From Candidatus Pacearchaeota archaeon (lineage in GTDB: Archaea; Nanobdellota; Nanobdellia; Pacearchaeales; GW2011-AR1): 64,000 nucleotides of DNA. How positions within the stretch are numbered: position 1 is the first letter of the stretch; each line of letters starts with the position of its first letter. Where the stretch lies: positions 1,236 through 65,235 of the forward strand of contig JBNLCO010000008.1 in the NCBI GenBank assembly GCA_050303855.1. Reading direction: 5' to 3'. The notes under the pieces were generated by a model. That model was not told the DNA's origin and did no database searches. It saw only the letters and a program-made list of their open reading frames with translations. Below are positions 45,928-57,747 of the stretch, one piece after another. Both the position numbers and the translations under genes were made by a program.

Positions 45928-46740
45928 ATGGTTAGAAAGATTTTTCTTATATTTGCGGCAATTATGATCCTTGGATTTGTTTCTGCGCTATATTGTGGAA
46001 ATGTTGTTAGTTTAAGATACTCTTATTCAAATTCTTATGGAACGGGTATTGCAATAGGCCAGAATGGGAGCTGGATCGATGGAGATGTTGTTCTAGAAGA
46101 GGGGATTAGTGAGATAAAATATATTTTTGATAGTGAGAAAAGTGGTTCAGTTGGAGATATTAACGTGGTTTTATGGCTAGATGATGTGGTTATAGAAAAT
46201 TATACTAAATATATGAACAAAGAGCATTCGAAGAAAGTTTATCTTAATACTACGGGAATTTGTGGAATTCATGAAATTAAGTTAAGAGTCTATAAAGAAT
46301 ACGATTGTGTAACTGGAGATAATAATGCTACAAGAGAAATATATGTAAATTGTTCTATTCCTACACCTCCTGTAAATAATACAACTAATACCACGACAAA
46401 TTCTACAAATACTAGTTCAAACACAACAAATACTACCCCGAATTCAGTTACTAAGAAGTCTTCTAGTCCAAATATTGTAGAGTATGAAGGATGTGTTCCT
46501 AATTGGGAATGTGAAGGTTGGGGAGAGTGTGATCAAAATGTTATGAATAGGGTTTGTTATGATACAAATAATTGTGATTTTAAGTACAATAAACCAATTG
46601 AATCAATGTATTGTGAAAAAGAGGTAATTAAACAATCCAATGTTCAAGAACAGAAGGACAGCGGTTGGATTTTTATTATTACTCCAATACTGCTCATAAT
46701 TCTTTTGTTATTGGTTCTTTTGGTAAGATTAGGAGAATAA
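45928..46740 (+). CDS. secreted surface protein with Thr/Asn-rich linker and C-terminal TM anchor
   Basis: Signal peptide; 'TPPVNNTTNTTTNSTNTSSNTTNTTPNS' glycosylation-type linker; Cys-rich module; C-terminal 'IFIITPILLIILLLLVLLVRLGE'. Confidence 0.5.
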   Translation: MVRKIFLIFAAIMILGFVSALYCGNVVSLRYSYSNSYGTGIAIGQNGSWIDGDVVLEEGISEIKYIFDSEKSGSVGDINVVLWLDDVVIENYTKYMNKEHSKKVYLNTTGICGIHEIKLRVYKEYDCVTGDNNATREIYVNCSIPTPPVNNTTNTTTNSTNTSSNTTNTTPNSVTKKSSSPNIVEYEGCVPNWECEGWGECDQNVMNRVCYDTNNCDFKYNKPIESMYCEKEVIKQSNVQEQKDSGWIFIITPILLIILLLLVLLVRLGE

Positions 46741-46741
46741 A

Positions 46742-47041
46742 ATGGAATTTTACGATAACCAGCTTGATTGTGGTGAGATGATTGAGTTTTGCAAGGAAGT
46801 TTATTTCTTTAACAATAAACAAAGTGATAGACCGAGTTTGATTAATAGAATGAAAAATAATGAGAAAGGTGTTAGAAAGCATGATCATAGTATTAGTCCA
46901 AGGAAGACGAATGTTTTTGTTAATAAAAAAATGAATTATTATCAAAGAAACATAGAAAGGATGTTTATTCTTAATCAGACCATTGAATTAAATGAGAAGG
47001 ACTTTTACTTAGGTGCAAAGTTCCCTATGGCTAAGAATTAA
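46742..47041 (+). CDS. hypothetical protein
   Basis: 99-aa ORF, no motif. Confidence 0.3.
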   Translation: MEFYDNQLDCGEMIEFCKEVYFFNNKQSDRPSLINRMKNNEKGVRKHDHSISPRKTNVFVNKKMNYYQRNIERMFILNQTIELNEKDFYLGAKFPMAKN

Positions 47042-47042
47042 A

Positions 47043-47723
47043 ATGAAAAAGGCTCTATTGGGGTTAACTATTATGGGCCTTTTTATGCAAAATGGTTTAT
47101 CTCAGTGTGATCTGAATGAATCCAACTCCAAAAGGAATGAAAGTTCCTTAAAAGTTAGAGCAGAGGTTGGAAGGGATTTATTTGATATGGGATCAAGATC
47201 TTTGTATTCGGTTTTTGGAGTTAAAGCAGAATTGAGAAGGAAAAACATCTATAGTGATTTTGATACGAGGATAGATAATTTCGCAACAAATAGTTATTCG
47301 AATACAGGTCTTGGATATTATGTTTTTGATAAGAAAGGTCTATCTGTTGGTCCAAAGATATCATTTTTGATGAGACATCAAGAATTCTTTCCAGGGGAAG
47401 AAGTAAAGATATTTAATTTTAGAGATCAAATTGGGACCGGATTAAAAATTGATTATGGGAATAAATTAGAGGGTAACTTTGTTTTGTCTCCAAGCAAGAA
47501 CCCTTTATATGCTGCAGAGTGTTCTTGGAGTATAAAAGAAAGTGAATTAGAATTGTTTTCCAGAGGGAGTAAGGAAGAGGGAATTTGTTCGGGAGTAAAA
47601 TTCACAACAAGACCGTTTGGAGAATATTTTAGTCTATTTGGAGAGTATTCAATAAGACAGGGAGAAAGAGAAAAATTCCCGAGAGATTTCCTGAACTTTG
47701 GAATAACTTTCAAGGGAGATTGA
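47043..47723 (+). CDS. secreted beta-rich protein of unknown function
   Basis: Signal peptide 'MKKALLGLTIMGLFMQNGLSQC'; alternating hydrophobic pattern; start trimmed to internal ATG. Confidence 0.4.
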   Translation: MKKALLGLTIMGLFMQNGLSQCDLNESNSKRNESSLKVRAEVGRDLFDMGSRSLYSVFGVKAELRRKNIYSDFDTRIDNFATNSYSNTGLGYYVFDKKGLSVGPKISFLMRHQEFFPGEEVKIFNFRDQIGTGLKIDYGNKLEGNFVLSPSKNPLYAAECSWSIKESELELFSRGSKEEGICSGVKFTTRPFGEYFSLFGEYSIRQGEREKFPRDFLNFGITFKGD

Positions 47724-47769
47724 TTCTTTTGGGGAACAAATTTATAAATAAGTGAATATAGTTAATAGA

Positions 47770-50700
47770 ATGAAGAAGAGGTTGATATTCGGTTTGCTTT
47801 TTTCCATATGGATTTTCGTTTTTTTATTTGGTTTTGTTTCAAGTTTTAGTGGTGCAGGTACGGGTGAGTCGGGAGACCCTTTTCAAATAGCAACTTGTAA
47901 TCAAACTCAAGAGATGGTGAATAATTTAACTGCTTATTATACTTTAAACACAAGCATTGATTGTTCTGATACAGTGAATTGGAATGGAGGGAGCGGATTT
48001 TTACCTATCGGGAATAGTACAACGGCATTTACAGGAGATTTTGACGGACAGGGTTATGCTATTAGTGATTTATTTATTTATAGGAATTCTACAAGTTATA
48101 TAGGGTTATTTGGAAGAATAAGTTCTTCTTCTGTTAGAAATGTAAATTTATCAAATGTTAATATTAGTGGAGGGCAGTATACGGGTGCTGTTGTTGGAAG
48201 TAATGCTGGGAATGTAAATAACTCTAATTCTTCAGGTTATGTTTTTGGATATAGTGATTCAATCGGGGGATTGGTAGGATATAATACTTTAGGTAATGTT
48301 CATAATTCCTCTTCATCTGTACAGGTTAATAGTACAGGAGATAATGTTGGAGGGCTAATAGGAAGTATATCTAATGGTAACGTCTCTTGGTCTTATTCTG
48401 TTGGAAATGTTACAGCAGGTTCAAATATAGGAGGTTTGGTTGGTTCTTCTTCGGGTAATTTTGAAATATATGACTCTTATTCAAAAAGCAATATTGTGAG
48501 TAATGCTAGCTATCTTGGAGGCCTTGTAGGTCAAATTGCTGGAGGAGTAATTTATAGAACATATTCTACAGGGGTTTTAACTCATCCTGACACAACAGGG
48601 GCGTCTATAGGTGGTTTGATTGGATATAATAATTTGGGTAATGTTAATGATTCTTATTCCAATGCAACAATTCAGGGGAATTCAGGAGTTAGTGAGGTAT
48701 CGGGTTTTGTAGGTTATAATGCAGGAAATATTACTTATTCACATTCTTATGGTTATGTCAATAGTAGTGGAGGTAATACAGGGGGTTTTATTGGTTTGGC
48801 AGGGTCTGGAATAGTAACAGGTTCATTTTGGGACAACCAAACTTCGGGTCAGAGTATTAGTGCGGGAGGTTCTGAACTATTAACATCTCAAATGAGGAAT
48901 CTAGCAACTTACTCTACAGCAGGGTGGGATATTGTTTCTGTTGCAAGTTACACGAATGAGGTATGGAAGATAAGTAATGGGAGCGGTTATCCAAGGTTAG
49001 GTTGGGAAGATTTTACAGAATCTTTTGCAGGAGGTTTGGGGACTTCGGATGATCCTTTTCAGATAACAAAATGGGCGCATCTTTCTGAAGTCAATAACTT
49101 TGGGAATTATTATTTTATTCTAATGAATGATTTAAATTTGAGTACAATCGATTATGTTAATTATGCGAGTCCAAGTGCAAATTCTGGATCTGGTTGGGAA
49201 CCTATAGGTAATGGAACAAACCCTTTTGGGGGAGATTTTGATGGTCAGAATTATACAATAAGAGATTTCTATATAAATAGGAGTGCATCGGGCTATGTTG
49301 GTTTATTTGGTTTTCTTAACAATAGTGTAAAAAATATTGTAATATTAAATGCTAGTGTTAATGGGGGAAGTTACACAGGGGGGGCTGTAGGAGAATTGAC
49401 ATCCTCTTCAAATTTGTATAATGTACATACATCGGGAAGTGTTGAAGGAGACACAAGAGTAGGTGGGCTTGTGGGTTATGTTTCTAATTCGAATATTTGG
49501 AATTGTTCTTCTAATTCAACCGTTATTGGAAGCTCAGATGTTGGAGGTTTGATTGGGTTTAATGACAATGGTTTTGTAAATGGTTCTCATTCTCAGGGAA
49601 ATGTTTCGGGGTCATCAAATGTTGGAGGGTTTATTGGAGAGAATTATTATGGGAGTATAACTAATTCTTCTTCCACTGCAAATGCAACTAGCTCTGGAAA
49701 CTATGCTGGAGGATTTATAGGCCAGGACAATAATGGATTAATAAATTATTCTTTTTCTGGAGGGCATAGTTCAGGAAGTGGGACTTATACTGGAGGGTTT
49801 ATTGGATATGCGCAGTACGTAAAAATTAATGATTCATATTCAAACGCTAATGTAACGGGATTGTCAATGACTGGAGGGTTTATTGGGTATAATTACTATG
49901 GAAATATTTCAAATTCTTACTCTACAGGAAATGTTTCAGGATCATCAAATGTGGGGGGTTTTGCAGGCTTTAATGCAGGTACGGGAAATATTTCAAACTC
50001 TTTCTATGATACAAACACAACTGGACAATCAGATGATACAGGAAAAGGAACACCAAAAACAACTAGTGAGATGCAAACAATAACTACCTTTAGTGGTGCG
50101 GGGTGGAACATTGTTAGCGTTATAAGTCATGTTAATGAAATATGGAAAATAAATAGTGGGAGTGATTATCCTAGATTGGGTTGGGAGAATATTAGTGTGA
50201 TAGGTGATTTAACTGCTCCTTATTTTACTTCAATACCTTCGAATGCAAGTTTAGTTTATAGAGCTAGTAGTTTGGGTGTTGACTTTGATGCAACTGATGA
50301 TGTTAATTTTAGTAGTTTTGATGTGAACGATTCAAGATTTACAATAAATTCTACTGGTTGGTTGAGCAATGCAAGCATATTGCCTGCTGGAAATTATACA
50401 TTAAATATATCAATAAATGATAGTTCGGGTAATTCTAATTCAACTGAATATTCTGTTGAGAACAATAAAAGTTTTTTATCTGGAAGTTTAACTAATTCTA
50501 CAGGGTTAACTGTTACGTATCCCACTGAAACATCAATAGGATATAGTGAATCAAATTTAGGAGATGATGATATTACATATACTATTTTAAGAAACGGTAG
50601 TGCAGTTGGAACAAGCGAAACAACTACATTGGATGTAGGAAGTTGGAATTATACTTTAACTGGAAGTGCTATTCCTGCAGAAGCTAATTTAGTTACTTGG

Positions 50701-53700
50701 TTAAAACTAGATAACAGTCTTACGGATCTGAGAGGAAACAACGATGCAAATATGGTTGGAAGTGTTCCGTATAGTTCTTCTGGTTATAATGGAGATGCGA
50801 TTAATTTCCAAGCATCAGCGGGGAATTATTTGAATTTAACGAATGGTCTGAATTATGATGAATTAAGTTTTTCATTCTGGGCTAACCCAGATGTGATTGC
50901 AAGTGGAAATGGATTAGGTTTCTTTAATCATAATTACAATAATGAAAATGGTTATAGGGGAAGAGTCGATATTGGGCAAATACAAATATTGATAACAGGA
51001 ACAACGTACGAAGGTAATCAATCGGTTGCAATAGGAGATTGGAACCATTATGTTTATACTTTTGATGGATCAACTGGAGAGGTTGATGTATTCCTTAATG
51101 GTACAAGAATAATAGACCAAACGAGAGCGGCATTTAACCTTACAACAACAACCGAATTTCAGATAGGTAAATCTTGGACCACTACAGAATTGTTTGATGG
51201 TAGAATTGACGAGTTTATGATTTACAATAAAAGATTGACTCAATCAGAAGTGAATGAATTATACAATTTCGATTATTCTGTTACAAGTGGTACCAATTAT
51301 ACTGGAAATTCTTCAATTAATAGTTTCTTAGTCAATGTTGAGCAGAACACTTCTGATTGTAATGTTGTGTTTAATACTACTTCTCCTGTAAGCTACCCGG
51401 AGACATTTTTAGCATGGACTGATTGTACTTCTGGAGCAGTATTATATCGGAATGGAACCCAGATAGCTAATAACTCTGAACAAGCATTAGCTGTTGGAGG
51501 TTGGAATTTCACAGTTCTTAGAAATGATAGTGCAAATTATGTTAATGTTAATGATACCCAATTATTTAATGTAAATCCTGTAGATAACAACACTTTCAAA
51601 TCTCAATGGAATACCTCTTTAACTTCTTCGGGCTCAAGTAATTCTACTTCAATAACCCTTCCTTTAGTTTCTTCAGGATCTTATAATTTTACTATAGAGT
51701 GGGGAGACGGTAATAGTTCTACTATTATAGCGTGGGACAGCCCAAATAAAACTCATGATTATGGGACGGAGGGAACATACAATATAACTATTTCAGGTAC
51801 TTTTATCGGCTTTGCATTTTCAAATAGCGGAGATAGAAACAAGTTATTGGATATTTCTCAGTGGGGAAATATGAGTCTTGGAAATGGGGGAAGTTATTTT
51901 TATGGAGCTTCTAATTTTGACTTAACTGCAAGTGATTCTCCCAATTTAACTGGAACAACCACTTTTTATAGGGCATTCCCAGTAGCAACATCCTTTAACG
52001 GAAATATAAGTCATTGGGATACCTCAAATATTACAAATATGCAGGAGATGTTCTCTAGTGCCACATCATTTAATCAGGATATAAGCAGTTGGAATACATC
52101 AAGTGTTACAACAATGGGATCAATGTTCACTAGTGCAAGTTCATTTAATCAGAATATAAGTGGATGGGATACTTCTAAGGTTACAAGCATGTATCGAATG
52201 TTTAGAGGAACTCCATTTAATCAAAGCATAGGTAATTGGAATACTTCAAGCGTTACAACTATGCAGGAGATGTTTTATAGTGCAAGTGCATTCAATCAAG
52301 ATATAAGTTCATGGGATGTTTCAAGTGTTACAAATATGCAAGAGATGTTCCGTTCAGCAACTTCATTCAATCAGGATATAGGTGCATGGGATGTTTTAAG
52401 TGTTACAAATATGAATAGTATGTTTATTAATAATGCTGTGTTTAACCAAAACCTAAGTAATTGGAATACTTCAAGCGTTACTAACCTTGGAAGTATGTTT
52501 AGTGGGGCTAGTTCATTTAATGGAAATATTTCAAATTGGGATACTTCTAAGGTTACAAGCATGGTTACAACATTCTTTGGAGCCAGTAATTTCAATCAGG
52601 ATATAAGCAGTTGGAATACATCAAGTGTTACAAGTATGAGATCTATGTTCCTTAGTGCAAGTTCATTTAATCAGAATATAAGTGGATGGGATACTTCTAA
52701 GGTTACGACTATGAGGTCTATGTTCTCAAGTGCTAGTAGCTTTGACCAAAATTTAGGAAGTTGGAATGTTTCAAGCGTTACAGATATGACCACCATGTTC
52801 TCAGGAGTTACACTTTCAACATCAAATTATGATTCTTTACTTATTGGTTGGGCTAGTCTACCTTCTCTTAACACACTTACATTCAGTGGTGGAAGTTCAC
52901 AATATTGTTCGGGGGTAAGCGCTAGAAACGATGTATTAATAGGTATTTACGGTTGGAGTATCGGGGATGGAGGAGTAGCTTCTGGATGTGATTTAACAAA
53001 CCCAACATATTCTGGCAATAATGCAAACAGCACGGTAGTTAGTGCATCTACTAACTTTAGTATAATTGCAAATGATAATCAGGCATTACATCCAAATGGT
53101 TATTACATTTTTAGTACTAATAATACTGGAACTTGGGTTAATGATTCAGCTGTTAACTTTACTTCAACAGCTCAAACAATATATAGTGTAAAGACTTTAA
53201 ATGATACAGAAAGTATTTCTATTGGGTATAAGTGGTATATTTATGATAATGCTTCTAACAATGTTGAAACAAGCACATATTCTTTGACTTCAACATCTCC
53301 AGATTCAACTGCTCCAACTTACTCTGGAAATAGTACAAATAATACCCAAGTAAGTTTATCTACAAATTTTAGTTTAACGGTTAATGATGACACAGCTTTA
53401 GAAAATAATGGTTACTATGCATTTAGTACCAACAATACGGGTACCTGGATAAATACCTCAGGAAAATACACTCATACAGGAGATGGTCTTAATCCTTTTA
53501 ATAATTCAAGTGAATGGGCAACAGATATAGAATCTGATGGAAATTACCTTTGGTTATTGAGTTATTATAGCGATACTGTATATAGGTACTGGAAAAATGG
53601 TACATACTCAGGATTTAATTTCTCAACATATAAAGAAGGTCCAAGCACGGGATGGAATTCTAATCCGAGGGGGATCACTCAAAATGGGACTTATTTCTGG

Positions 53701-55356
53701 ATAACTGATGCCTTAGGTAATGAAGGAAGTGTATTCAAATATTGGATGAATGGGACTTATACTGGAGATAATTTTAATGCTTCGGTTTCAGGGAATACAA
53801 ACCCAAGCGGAATAGTACAAAATGGGACTTATTTCTGGATAGTGGATTCTGGAAATGATGGGGTTTACAAATATCATATGAATGGTACTTATACTGGAGA
53901 TAATTTTAATGCTTCGGTTTCAGGGAATACAAATCCCTTTGGGATAAGTTATGATGGGACTTATTTCTGGATATCCCAAACAAGTATCTCTAGTGCAAAA
54001 AAAATATACAAACATCACATTAATGGGACTTATGCTGGAGAGAATTTCTTTGCTAATGATGGAAAGGATATTTTACTTGGAATAACACAAAATGGGACCT
54101 ATTTTTGGATATTGAGTTATTCCTTGGAAGGAATTTTGATAAATTCGACAATGGATAAATATAGGATGATTGATCAATTCCCTAATTTTACCCAGACCCC
54201 TTCCCAGATCAATACAACTGAGACTTTGAATAATACAGTAGGAGTAAGTGTGGGGTATAGATGGTATCTATTTGACAATTTAGGAAATGCAAATGTTACA
54301 GATACATTTGAATTAATTACAACTGCTGCTCCTGATACAACAACTCCAAATTATTCAAATGCAGGATATAACTCAACAACTTCGAATGCAAGTGTGAAAT
54401 GGTCTATTTATGTGGATGATGATACTGCTTTAGAAAGTAATGGTTACTATATCTTTAGTACAAATAATACAGGTACTTGGGTTAATGATTCAGCTGTTAA
54501 CTTTACTTCAACACCTCAATGGGCAAATATAACCAAGACATTGAATAGTACTGTTGGGATTAATGTAGGTTATAGATGGTATTTATATGATAATGCAGGT
54601 AATGCTGAATTGGTTTCTGGAAGTTTAGTTACAACAACTGCTTCAGAATCTTCTTCAGATACAGGATCCTCTGGAGGGGGAAGTCAAACAACCGAGACAA
54701 GTGAGACTACTTCGGGAACTCAAGATCAAGGGCCTGACGAAAATGGAATATATGTCCAAGAAGCATTAAGTGAGGATTTCTGGACTGATACTACAACTAT
54801 TTCAGATCAATTAATAGAAAGTACGGATATACTTATTGCGGATGAAGCAGCAGGACTTGAAGACCAATTATTAAGGGCTCTTGCGGATGATCCAAATACA
54901 GAGATTAATCCAATTGTTGTTCAGTCAATTGGTTTGTCCCTTGGTGAGAAGCAGAGAGCTAAGTTCACAGTTAAAGATACTATCTACAGCGTTGGTGTTG
55001 CAAGAATAACAAAAGATTCAGTAGTTTTACAAATACAGCAAGACCAAGGAGGATTCTTAGTGCAAGAGTCATTCACCCCTAGAAAGCTCAAGTATTTCAA
55101 TAAGGCTAAGTATTTTGACTTAAATGGAGACACCCTTAATGATTTGGGAACAAATGTGGACTCGATCGATAACGAGCTTAAAGCAAGAATCACATTAGAC
55201 ATAATTTATAATGCTCCTTTGACCGAGGAAGAGGCTGCAAGAAAAGAAGCTTTAGATAAAGGTAAGAAAATATTGAGTATAATATTGATTTCTGCAGGAA
55301 TTGTATTTTTAATACATAGATTAAGAAGATCTTTGAAGAAGTCTCCGAAGTACTAA
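47770..55356 (+). CDS. giant (~2530 aa) multi-domain surface protein with GLUG-type repeats, LamG-like domain, DUF285/BspA-like repeats, propeller-like repeats and C-terminal TM anchor
   Basis: Signal peptide; >20 repeats of 'GGLVG(Y)N.G.I.NSYS.G.V.G...VGG(F/L)(I/V)G' (GLUG-like); 'LamG-like' block '[18 protein letters not shown]...[20 protein letters not shown]'; ~14 repeats 'FxSAxSFNQ(D/N)ISxW(D/N)TSxVTxMxxMF' (DUF285/BspA-type); 6 repeats 'NGTYFWI..'; C-terminal '[24 protein letters not shown]'. Start trimmed from the non-ATG track start 47752. Confidence 0.65.
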   Translation: MKKRLIFGLLFSIWIFVFLFGFVSSFSGAGTGESGDPFQIATCNQTQEMVNNLTAYYTLNTSIDCSDTVNWNGGSGFLPIGNSTTAFTGDFDGQGYAISDLFIYRNSTSYIGLFGRISSSSVRNVNLSNVNISGGQYTGAVVGSNAGNVNNSNSSGYVFGYSDSIGGLVGYNTLGNVHNSSSSVQVNSTGDNVGGLIGSISNGNVSWSYSVGNVTAGSNIGGLVGSSSGNFEIYDSYSKSNIVSNASYLGGLVGQIAGGVIYRTYSTGVLTHPDTTGASIGGLIGYNNLGNVNDSYSNATIQGNSGVSEVSGFVGYNAGNITYSHSYGYVNSSGGNTGGFIGLAGSGIVTGSFWDNQTSGQSISAGGSELLTSQMRNLATYSTAGWDIVSVASYTNEVWKISNGSGYPRLGWEDFTESFAGGLGTSDDPFQITKWAHLSEVNNFGNYYFILMNDLNLSTIDYVNYASPSANSGSGWEPIGNGTNPFGGDFDGQNYTIRDFYINRSASGYVGLFGFLNNSVKNIVILNASVNGGSYTGGAVGELTSSSNLYNVHTSGSVEGDTRVGGLVGYVSNSNIWNCSSNSTVIGSSDVGGLIGFNDNGFVNGSHSQGNVSGSSNVGGFIGENYYGSITNSSSTANATSSGNYAGGFIGQDNNGLINYSFSGGHSSGSGTYTGGFIGYAQYVKINDSYSNANVTGLSMTGGFIGYNYYGNISNSYSTGNVSGSSNVGGFAGFNAGTGNISNSFYDTNTTGQSDDTGKGTPKTTSEMQTITTFSGAGWNIVSVISHVNEIWKINSGSDYPRLGWENISVIGDLTAPYFTSIPSNASLVYRASSLGVDFDATDDVNFSSFDVNDSRFTINSTGWLSNASILPAGNYTLNISINDSSGNSNSTEYSVENNKSFLSGSLTNSTGLTVTYPTETSIGYSESNLGDDDITYTILRNGSAVGTSETTTLDVGSWNYTLTGSAIPAEANLVTWLKLDNSLTDLRGNNDANMVGSVPYSSSGYNGDAINFQASAGNYLNLTNGLNYDELSFSFWANPDVIASGNGLGFFNHNYNNENGYRGRVDIGQIQILITGTTYEGNQSVAIGDWNHYVYTFDGSTGEVDVFLNGTRIIDQTRAAFNLTTTTEFQIGKSWTTTELFDGRIDEFMIYNKRLTQSEVNELYNFDYSVTSGTNYTGNSSINSFLVNVEQNTSDCNVVFNTTSPVSYPETFLAWTDCTSGAVLYRNGTQIANNSEQALAVGGWNFTVLRNDSANYVNVNDTQLFNVNPVDNNTFKSQWNTSLTSSGSSNSTSITLPLVSSGSYNFTIEWGDGNSSTIIAWDSPNKTHDYGTEGTYNITISGTFIGFAFSNSGDRNKLLDISQWGNMSLGNGGSYFYGASNFDLTASDSPNLTGTTTFYRAFPVATSFNGNISHWDTSNITNMQEMFSSATSFNQDISSWNTSSVTTMGSMFTSASSFNQNISGWDTSKVTSMYRMFRGTPFNQSIGNWNTSSVTTMQEMFYSASAFNQDISSWDVSSVTNMQEMFRSATSFNQDIGAWDVLSVTNMNSMFINNAVFNQNLSNWNTSSVTNLGSMFSGASSFNGNISNWDTSKVTSMVTTFFGASNFNQDISSWNTSSVTSMRSMFLSASSFNQNISGWDTSKVTTMRSMFSSASSFDQNLGSWNVSSVTDMTTMFSGVTLSTSNYDSLLIGWASLPSLNTLTFSGGSSQYCSGVSARNDVLIGIYGWSIGDGGVASGCDLTNPTYSGNNANSTVVSASTNFSIIANDNQALHPNGYYIFSTNNTGTWVNDSAVNFTSTAQTIYSVKTLNDTESISIGYKWYIYDNASNNVETSTYSLTSTSPDSTAPTYSGNSTNNTQVSLSTNFSLTVNDDTALENNGYYAFSTNNTGTWINTSGKYTHTGDGLNPFNNSSEWATDIESDGNYLWLLSYYSDTVYRYWKNGTYSGFNFSTYKEGPSTGWNSNPRGITQNGTYFWITDALGNEGSVFKYWMNGTYTGDNFNASVSGNTNPSGIVQNGTYFWIVDSGNDGVYKYHMNGTYTGDNFNASVSGNTNPFGISYDGTYFWISQTSISSAKKIYKHHINGTYAGENFFANDGKDILLGITQNGTYFWILSYSLEGILINSTMDKYRMIDQFPNFTQTPSQINTTETLNNTVGVSVGYRWYLFDNLGNANVTDTFELITTAAPDTTTPNYSNAGYNSTTSNASVKWSIYVDDDTALESNGYYIFSTNNTGTWVNDSAVNFTSTPQWANITKTLNSTVGINVGYRWYLYDNAGNAELVSGSLVTTTASESSSDTGSSGGGSQTTETSETTSGTQDQGPDENGIYVQEALSEDFWTDTTTISDQLIESTDILIADEAAGLEDQLLRALADDPNTEINPIVVQSIGLSLGEKQRAKFTVKDTIYSVGVARITKDSVVLQIQQDQGGFLVQESFTPRKLKYFNKAKYFDLNGDTLNDLGTNVDSIDNELKARITLDIIYNAPLTEEEAARKEALDKGKKILSIILISAGIVFLIHRLRRSLKKSPKY

Positions 55357-55378
55357 TTTTGCTTAAGGTTTTTTCATA

Positions 55379-55768
55379 TTATTTAACGAACTCTACATTC
55401 TTTTTGGATTCAAATTTTTCATCTCCAGTTAGAAACTTTACATTGTGTTTTCTTGACAAAACATATCCTATACAATCTATAAAGGATAATTTCTCCTTAC
55501 TGAATTTTATTTTCATTTTTGTTGCTTCTATTAAGTCTTTGTCAGAATAGTCAACATTAAATTTTCCAAGAGATTCGAATAATTCTTTTACTTCATTTTC
55601 TCTTTTTTCCCTTATTAAAAAGTTTGTAAACTCCATTAAGTTAAGTTTGTTTAAAATTATTCCCACATCAGAACTATATTTCTTGTAATTTGGGTTGCTT
55701 TTGTATATTTCTATTAGAGCATAGGTATCAAAATAAAATTTATTCATACTCACCCTCATCAATTTCAT
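55379..55768 (-). CDS. vapC: PIN-domain toxin VapC
   Basis: 129 aa; N-terminal 'KFYFDTYALIEI' (first acidic residue), 'LMEFTNFLIREK', C-terminal 'FLTGDEKF'; overlaps the antitoxin gene. Confidence 0.65.
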   Translation of the reverse strand: MKLMRVSMNKFYFDTYALIEIYKSNPNYKKYSSDVGIILNKLNLMEFTNFLIREKRENEVKELFESLGKFNVDYSDKDLIEATKMKIKFSKEKLSFIDCIGYVLSRKHNVKFLTGDEKFESKKNVEFVK

Positions 55769-55955
55769 CCATAATCTTTTTTGTAGATTTCTTTATTTCT
55801 TTTCCTTTTCCCCACATAAAACTTAGATCTCCCGTCTTAGCTATATTAATGGTTAGTATATCATTTTGAGAAATATTCTGGGCTTCAACTATTTCTTTTG
55901 GAATGAATACAGCCATTGATCCTCCAATTTTTCTTGTTCTAACTTTTGTTTCCAT
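55740..55955 (-). CDS. vapB: AbrB/MazE-fold antitoxin VapB
   Basis: 71 aa; 'RKIGGSMAVFIPKEIVEAQNISQNDILTI' swapped-hairpin (SpoVT/AbrB) signature; overlaps vapC by 29 nt. Confidence 0.6.
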   Translation of the reverse strand: METKVRTRKIGGSMAVFIPKEIVEAQNISQNDILTINIAKTGDLSFMWGKGKEIKKSTKKIMDEIDEGEYE

Positions 55956-56000
55956 ATTAAATATATAAGTTTAATACATTTATTTAATATTTAAACTTTT

Positions 56001-56010
56001 CTATATAGAA
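56001..56010 (+). promoter_or_regulatory. TATA-box-like element (ctatatagaa) ~25-30 nt upstream of the predicted SRP RNA 5' end
   Basis: AT-rich box preceded by A-rich BRE-like sequence; correct spacing to the GC-rich RNA gene. Confidence 0.3.
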
Positions 56011-56032
56011 AGGCATTTAAAGTAGGGTTTGC

Positions 56033-56310
56033 ACTGAAAAGGTGTAGACTAGGTTGGCGGGTTAGTCCTCCGCTATTTGCAAACGGACTTTAGGCAAACT
56101 GCAAGGAAGTCGGTGAGAGAAATGCTATTGGGGTCTTTACTTCAATGTTGACGCTCTGTCCGGATGGATCTTGCATACGCGAAATGGGTCAGGCCTTGAT
56201 CGGAGCAGCCCTAAACATATGTTAAGGTGCTTTTCGGGTCGCAGAGAATAGTTGTAGTGAAGGTTAGCTTCATTGGTATTTTTCAGGCTAGCTTCCGAGT
56301 CTACTTTTAT
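56033..56310 (+). ncRNA. ffs: signal recognition particle RNA (7S/SRP RNA), archaeal type
   Basis: GC-rich ORF-free island in an AT-rich genome; contains the helix-8 signature 'GGGUCAGGCC...GGAGCAGCCC' (cf. universal 'GUCAGGUCCGGAAGGAAGCAGCC'); 5' GUAGACU (about 56044) pairs with 3' AGUCUAC (about 56298); followed by a T-run. Confidence 0.55.
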
Positions 56311-56361
56311 GTATTTTTCTGAGAACAATAAACAATATAAATCAATATTTTATGTAGTTTT

Positions 56362-56739
56362 ATGGGCAATATTAAGACTTTATTAGAAAGGGCAGCTCGT
56401 GAGGAAGAGATTTTACCTGAGAATGTAAATTACTATGTTACTGCAAAACTAAGTCCAGAATCAACAGGCTGGCTTTCTAATCGAATATATGTGGAGAAAT
56501 TCAATAGAGGAGATTATGTTATAATAAATGAAAGAATTAGGGATGGAGACATTGTTAATCTAGATGTAGTTAATGAAAATCATGCCAGAGAAGAGGTTTT
56601 GGATAGATTATATTGTGAAGCAAGAGAGGTTGCCAAAGGTAGAGCAAAATTAGACGGTAATGAAGTTTTGGATTTAACTGGAAAGGTTGTTATTGATCCA
56701 GCAGAAGCTTTATTGTATAAGAAACGTTTTTCCAATTAA
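56362..56739 (+). CDS. hypothetical protein
   Basis: 125-aa ORF. Confidence 0.35.
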   Translation: MGNIKTLLERAAREEEILPENVNYYVTAKLSPESTGWLSNRIYVEKFNRGDYVIINERIRDGDIVNLDVVNENHAREEVLDRLYCEAREVAKGRAKLDGNEVLDLTGKVVIDPAEALLYKKRFSN

Positions 56740-56790
56740 TATATTTGATTGAATAACAATTAATATAAAAGGCAATTCTTTAAGTAATCT

Positions 56791-57246
56791 ATGAAGAATC
56801 TTAGAATAATTGTCCAGGATGATGATGGGCTGCTTAAACCGGGAAGCAAACACAGTAACCCTCATCCCTTTATATCAAAAAGCATTAGAGAGATATTGAG
56901 GGATCCAAGTTATCAAGACAGATTAAAAAAGTATGAGGGAAATTTTCTCGAGATTGGAAGTTATTTAATTCCAGGAATTAGGTTGTCTTTTTTAGAAGAT
57001 GCAGAGGCAATACTGGATACTGCCTATAACATATCTCTCTCAAAACACGGCAAAGTTAGGGTAGAATATAAATCTGAGAATAGTTACATAATAAGGGAAA
57101 TTAAATCCAAAGGCATTTTTATGAGAATTGATGATCCTGAAAAAGAATTTTACAAAAAAACGGGTCCAGGACTAATAAAAATATCAGAGAGATGGAATTC
57201 TTTCATTGACAAGCTTGAGGAAAAACAAGGCAAGGTTAAACACTAA
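56791..57246 (+). CDS. hypothetical protein
   Basis: 151-aa ORF. Confidence 0.35.
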   Translation: MKNLRIIVQDDDGLLKPGSKHSNPHPFISKSIREILRDPSYQDRLKKYEGNFLEIGSYLIPGIRLSFLEDAEAILDTAYNISLSKHGKVRVEYKSENSYIIREIKSKGIFMRIDDPEKEFYKKTGPGLIKISERWNSFIDKLEEKQGKVKH

Positions 57247-57276
57247 TTTAATAAAGTTAGATATTCTATTTAGTTT

Positions 57277-57747
57277 ATGAAGAGGTTTGATAAAAAGGGG
57301 CAATTCTATATTGTTGCTGCAATGATTTTAGTTATAGTTGTTTCTTCTATTGTTACAATAAATAATTATTCTTCTAAAAAAGAATTTACAAAGGAAGCAG
57401 AATTACGGGGGAAAGAATTGGTTATAGAAAGCGAGAGGGTTTTAGATTATGATTCTGCAAATAATCAGGAGAATATACTTACATTTGCTGAAGGATATAG
57501 CAATTATCTTGAAGAGGAAGCAGATATAATTTTTATATACGGGGAAGAGGGAAGTTTAGATGCTTTCACTTATGAAGACGGAGGTTATATTGATTTAAAT
57601 TCGGGGTTAGTCGTAGATAATGTTAATGGCACAATTACATTTACTAGAACAAATGAGCAATACCAGTTTAATTTAAATAGGGGTAAGAACTTTTACTTTA
57701 TATTATCAAAAGAGGCAGGTAGTGAGAAATATGTATACACAAATTAA
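57277..57747 (+). CDS. archaeal type IV pilin-like protein (class III signal peptide)
   Basis: 'MKRFDKKGQ/FYIVAAMILVIVVSSIV': basic n-region, KG cleavage motif, hydrophobic helix. Confidence 0.55.
   Translation: MKRFDKKGQFYIVAAMILVIVVSSIVTINNYSSKKEFTKEAELRGKELVIESERVLDYDSANNQENILTFAEGYSNYLEEEADIIFIYGEEGSLDAFTYEDGGYIDLNSGLVVDNVNGTITFTRTNEQYQFNLNRGKNFYFILSKEAGSEKYVYTN

Noticed and set aside
56137-56328. 63-aa minus-strand ORF from the six-frame track
   Set aside because: Lies entirely within the GC-rich SRP RNA gene; its composition and position are explained by the ncRNA.
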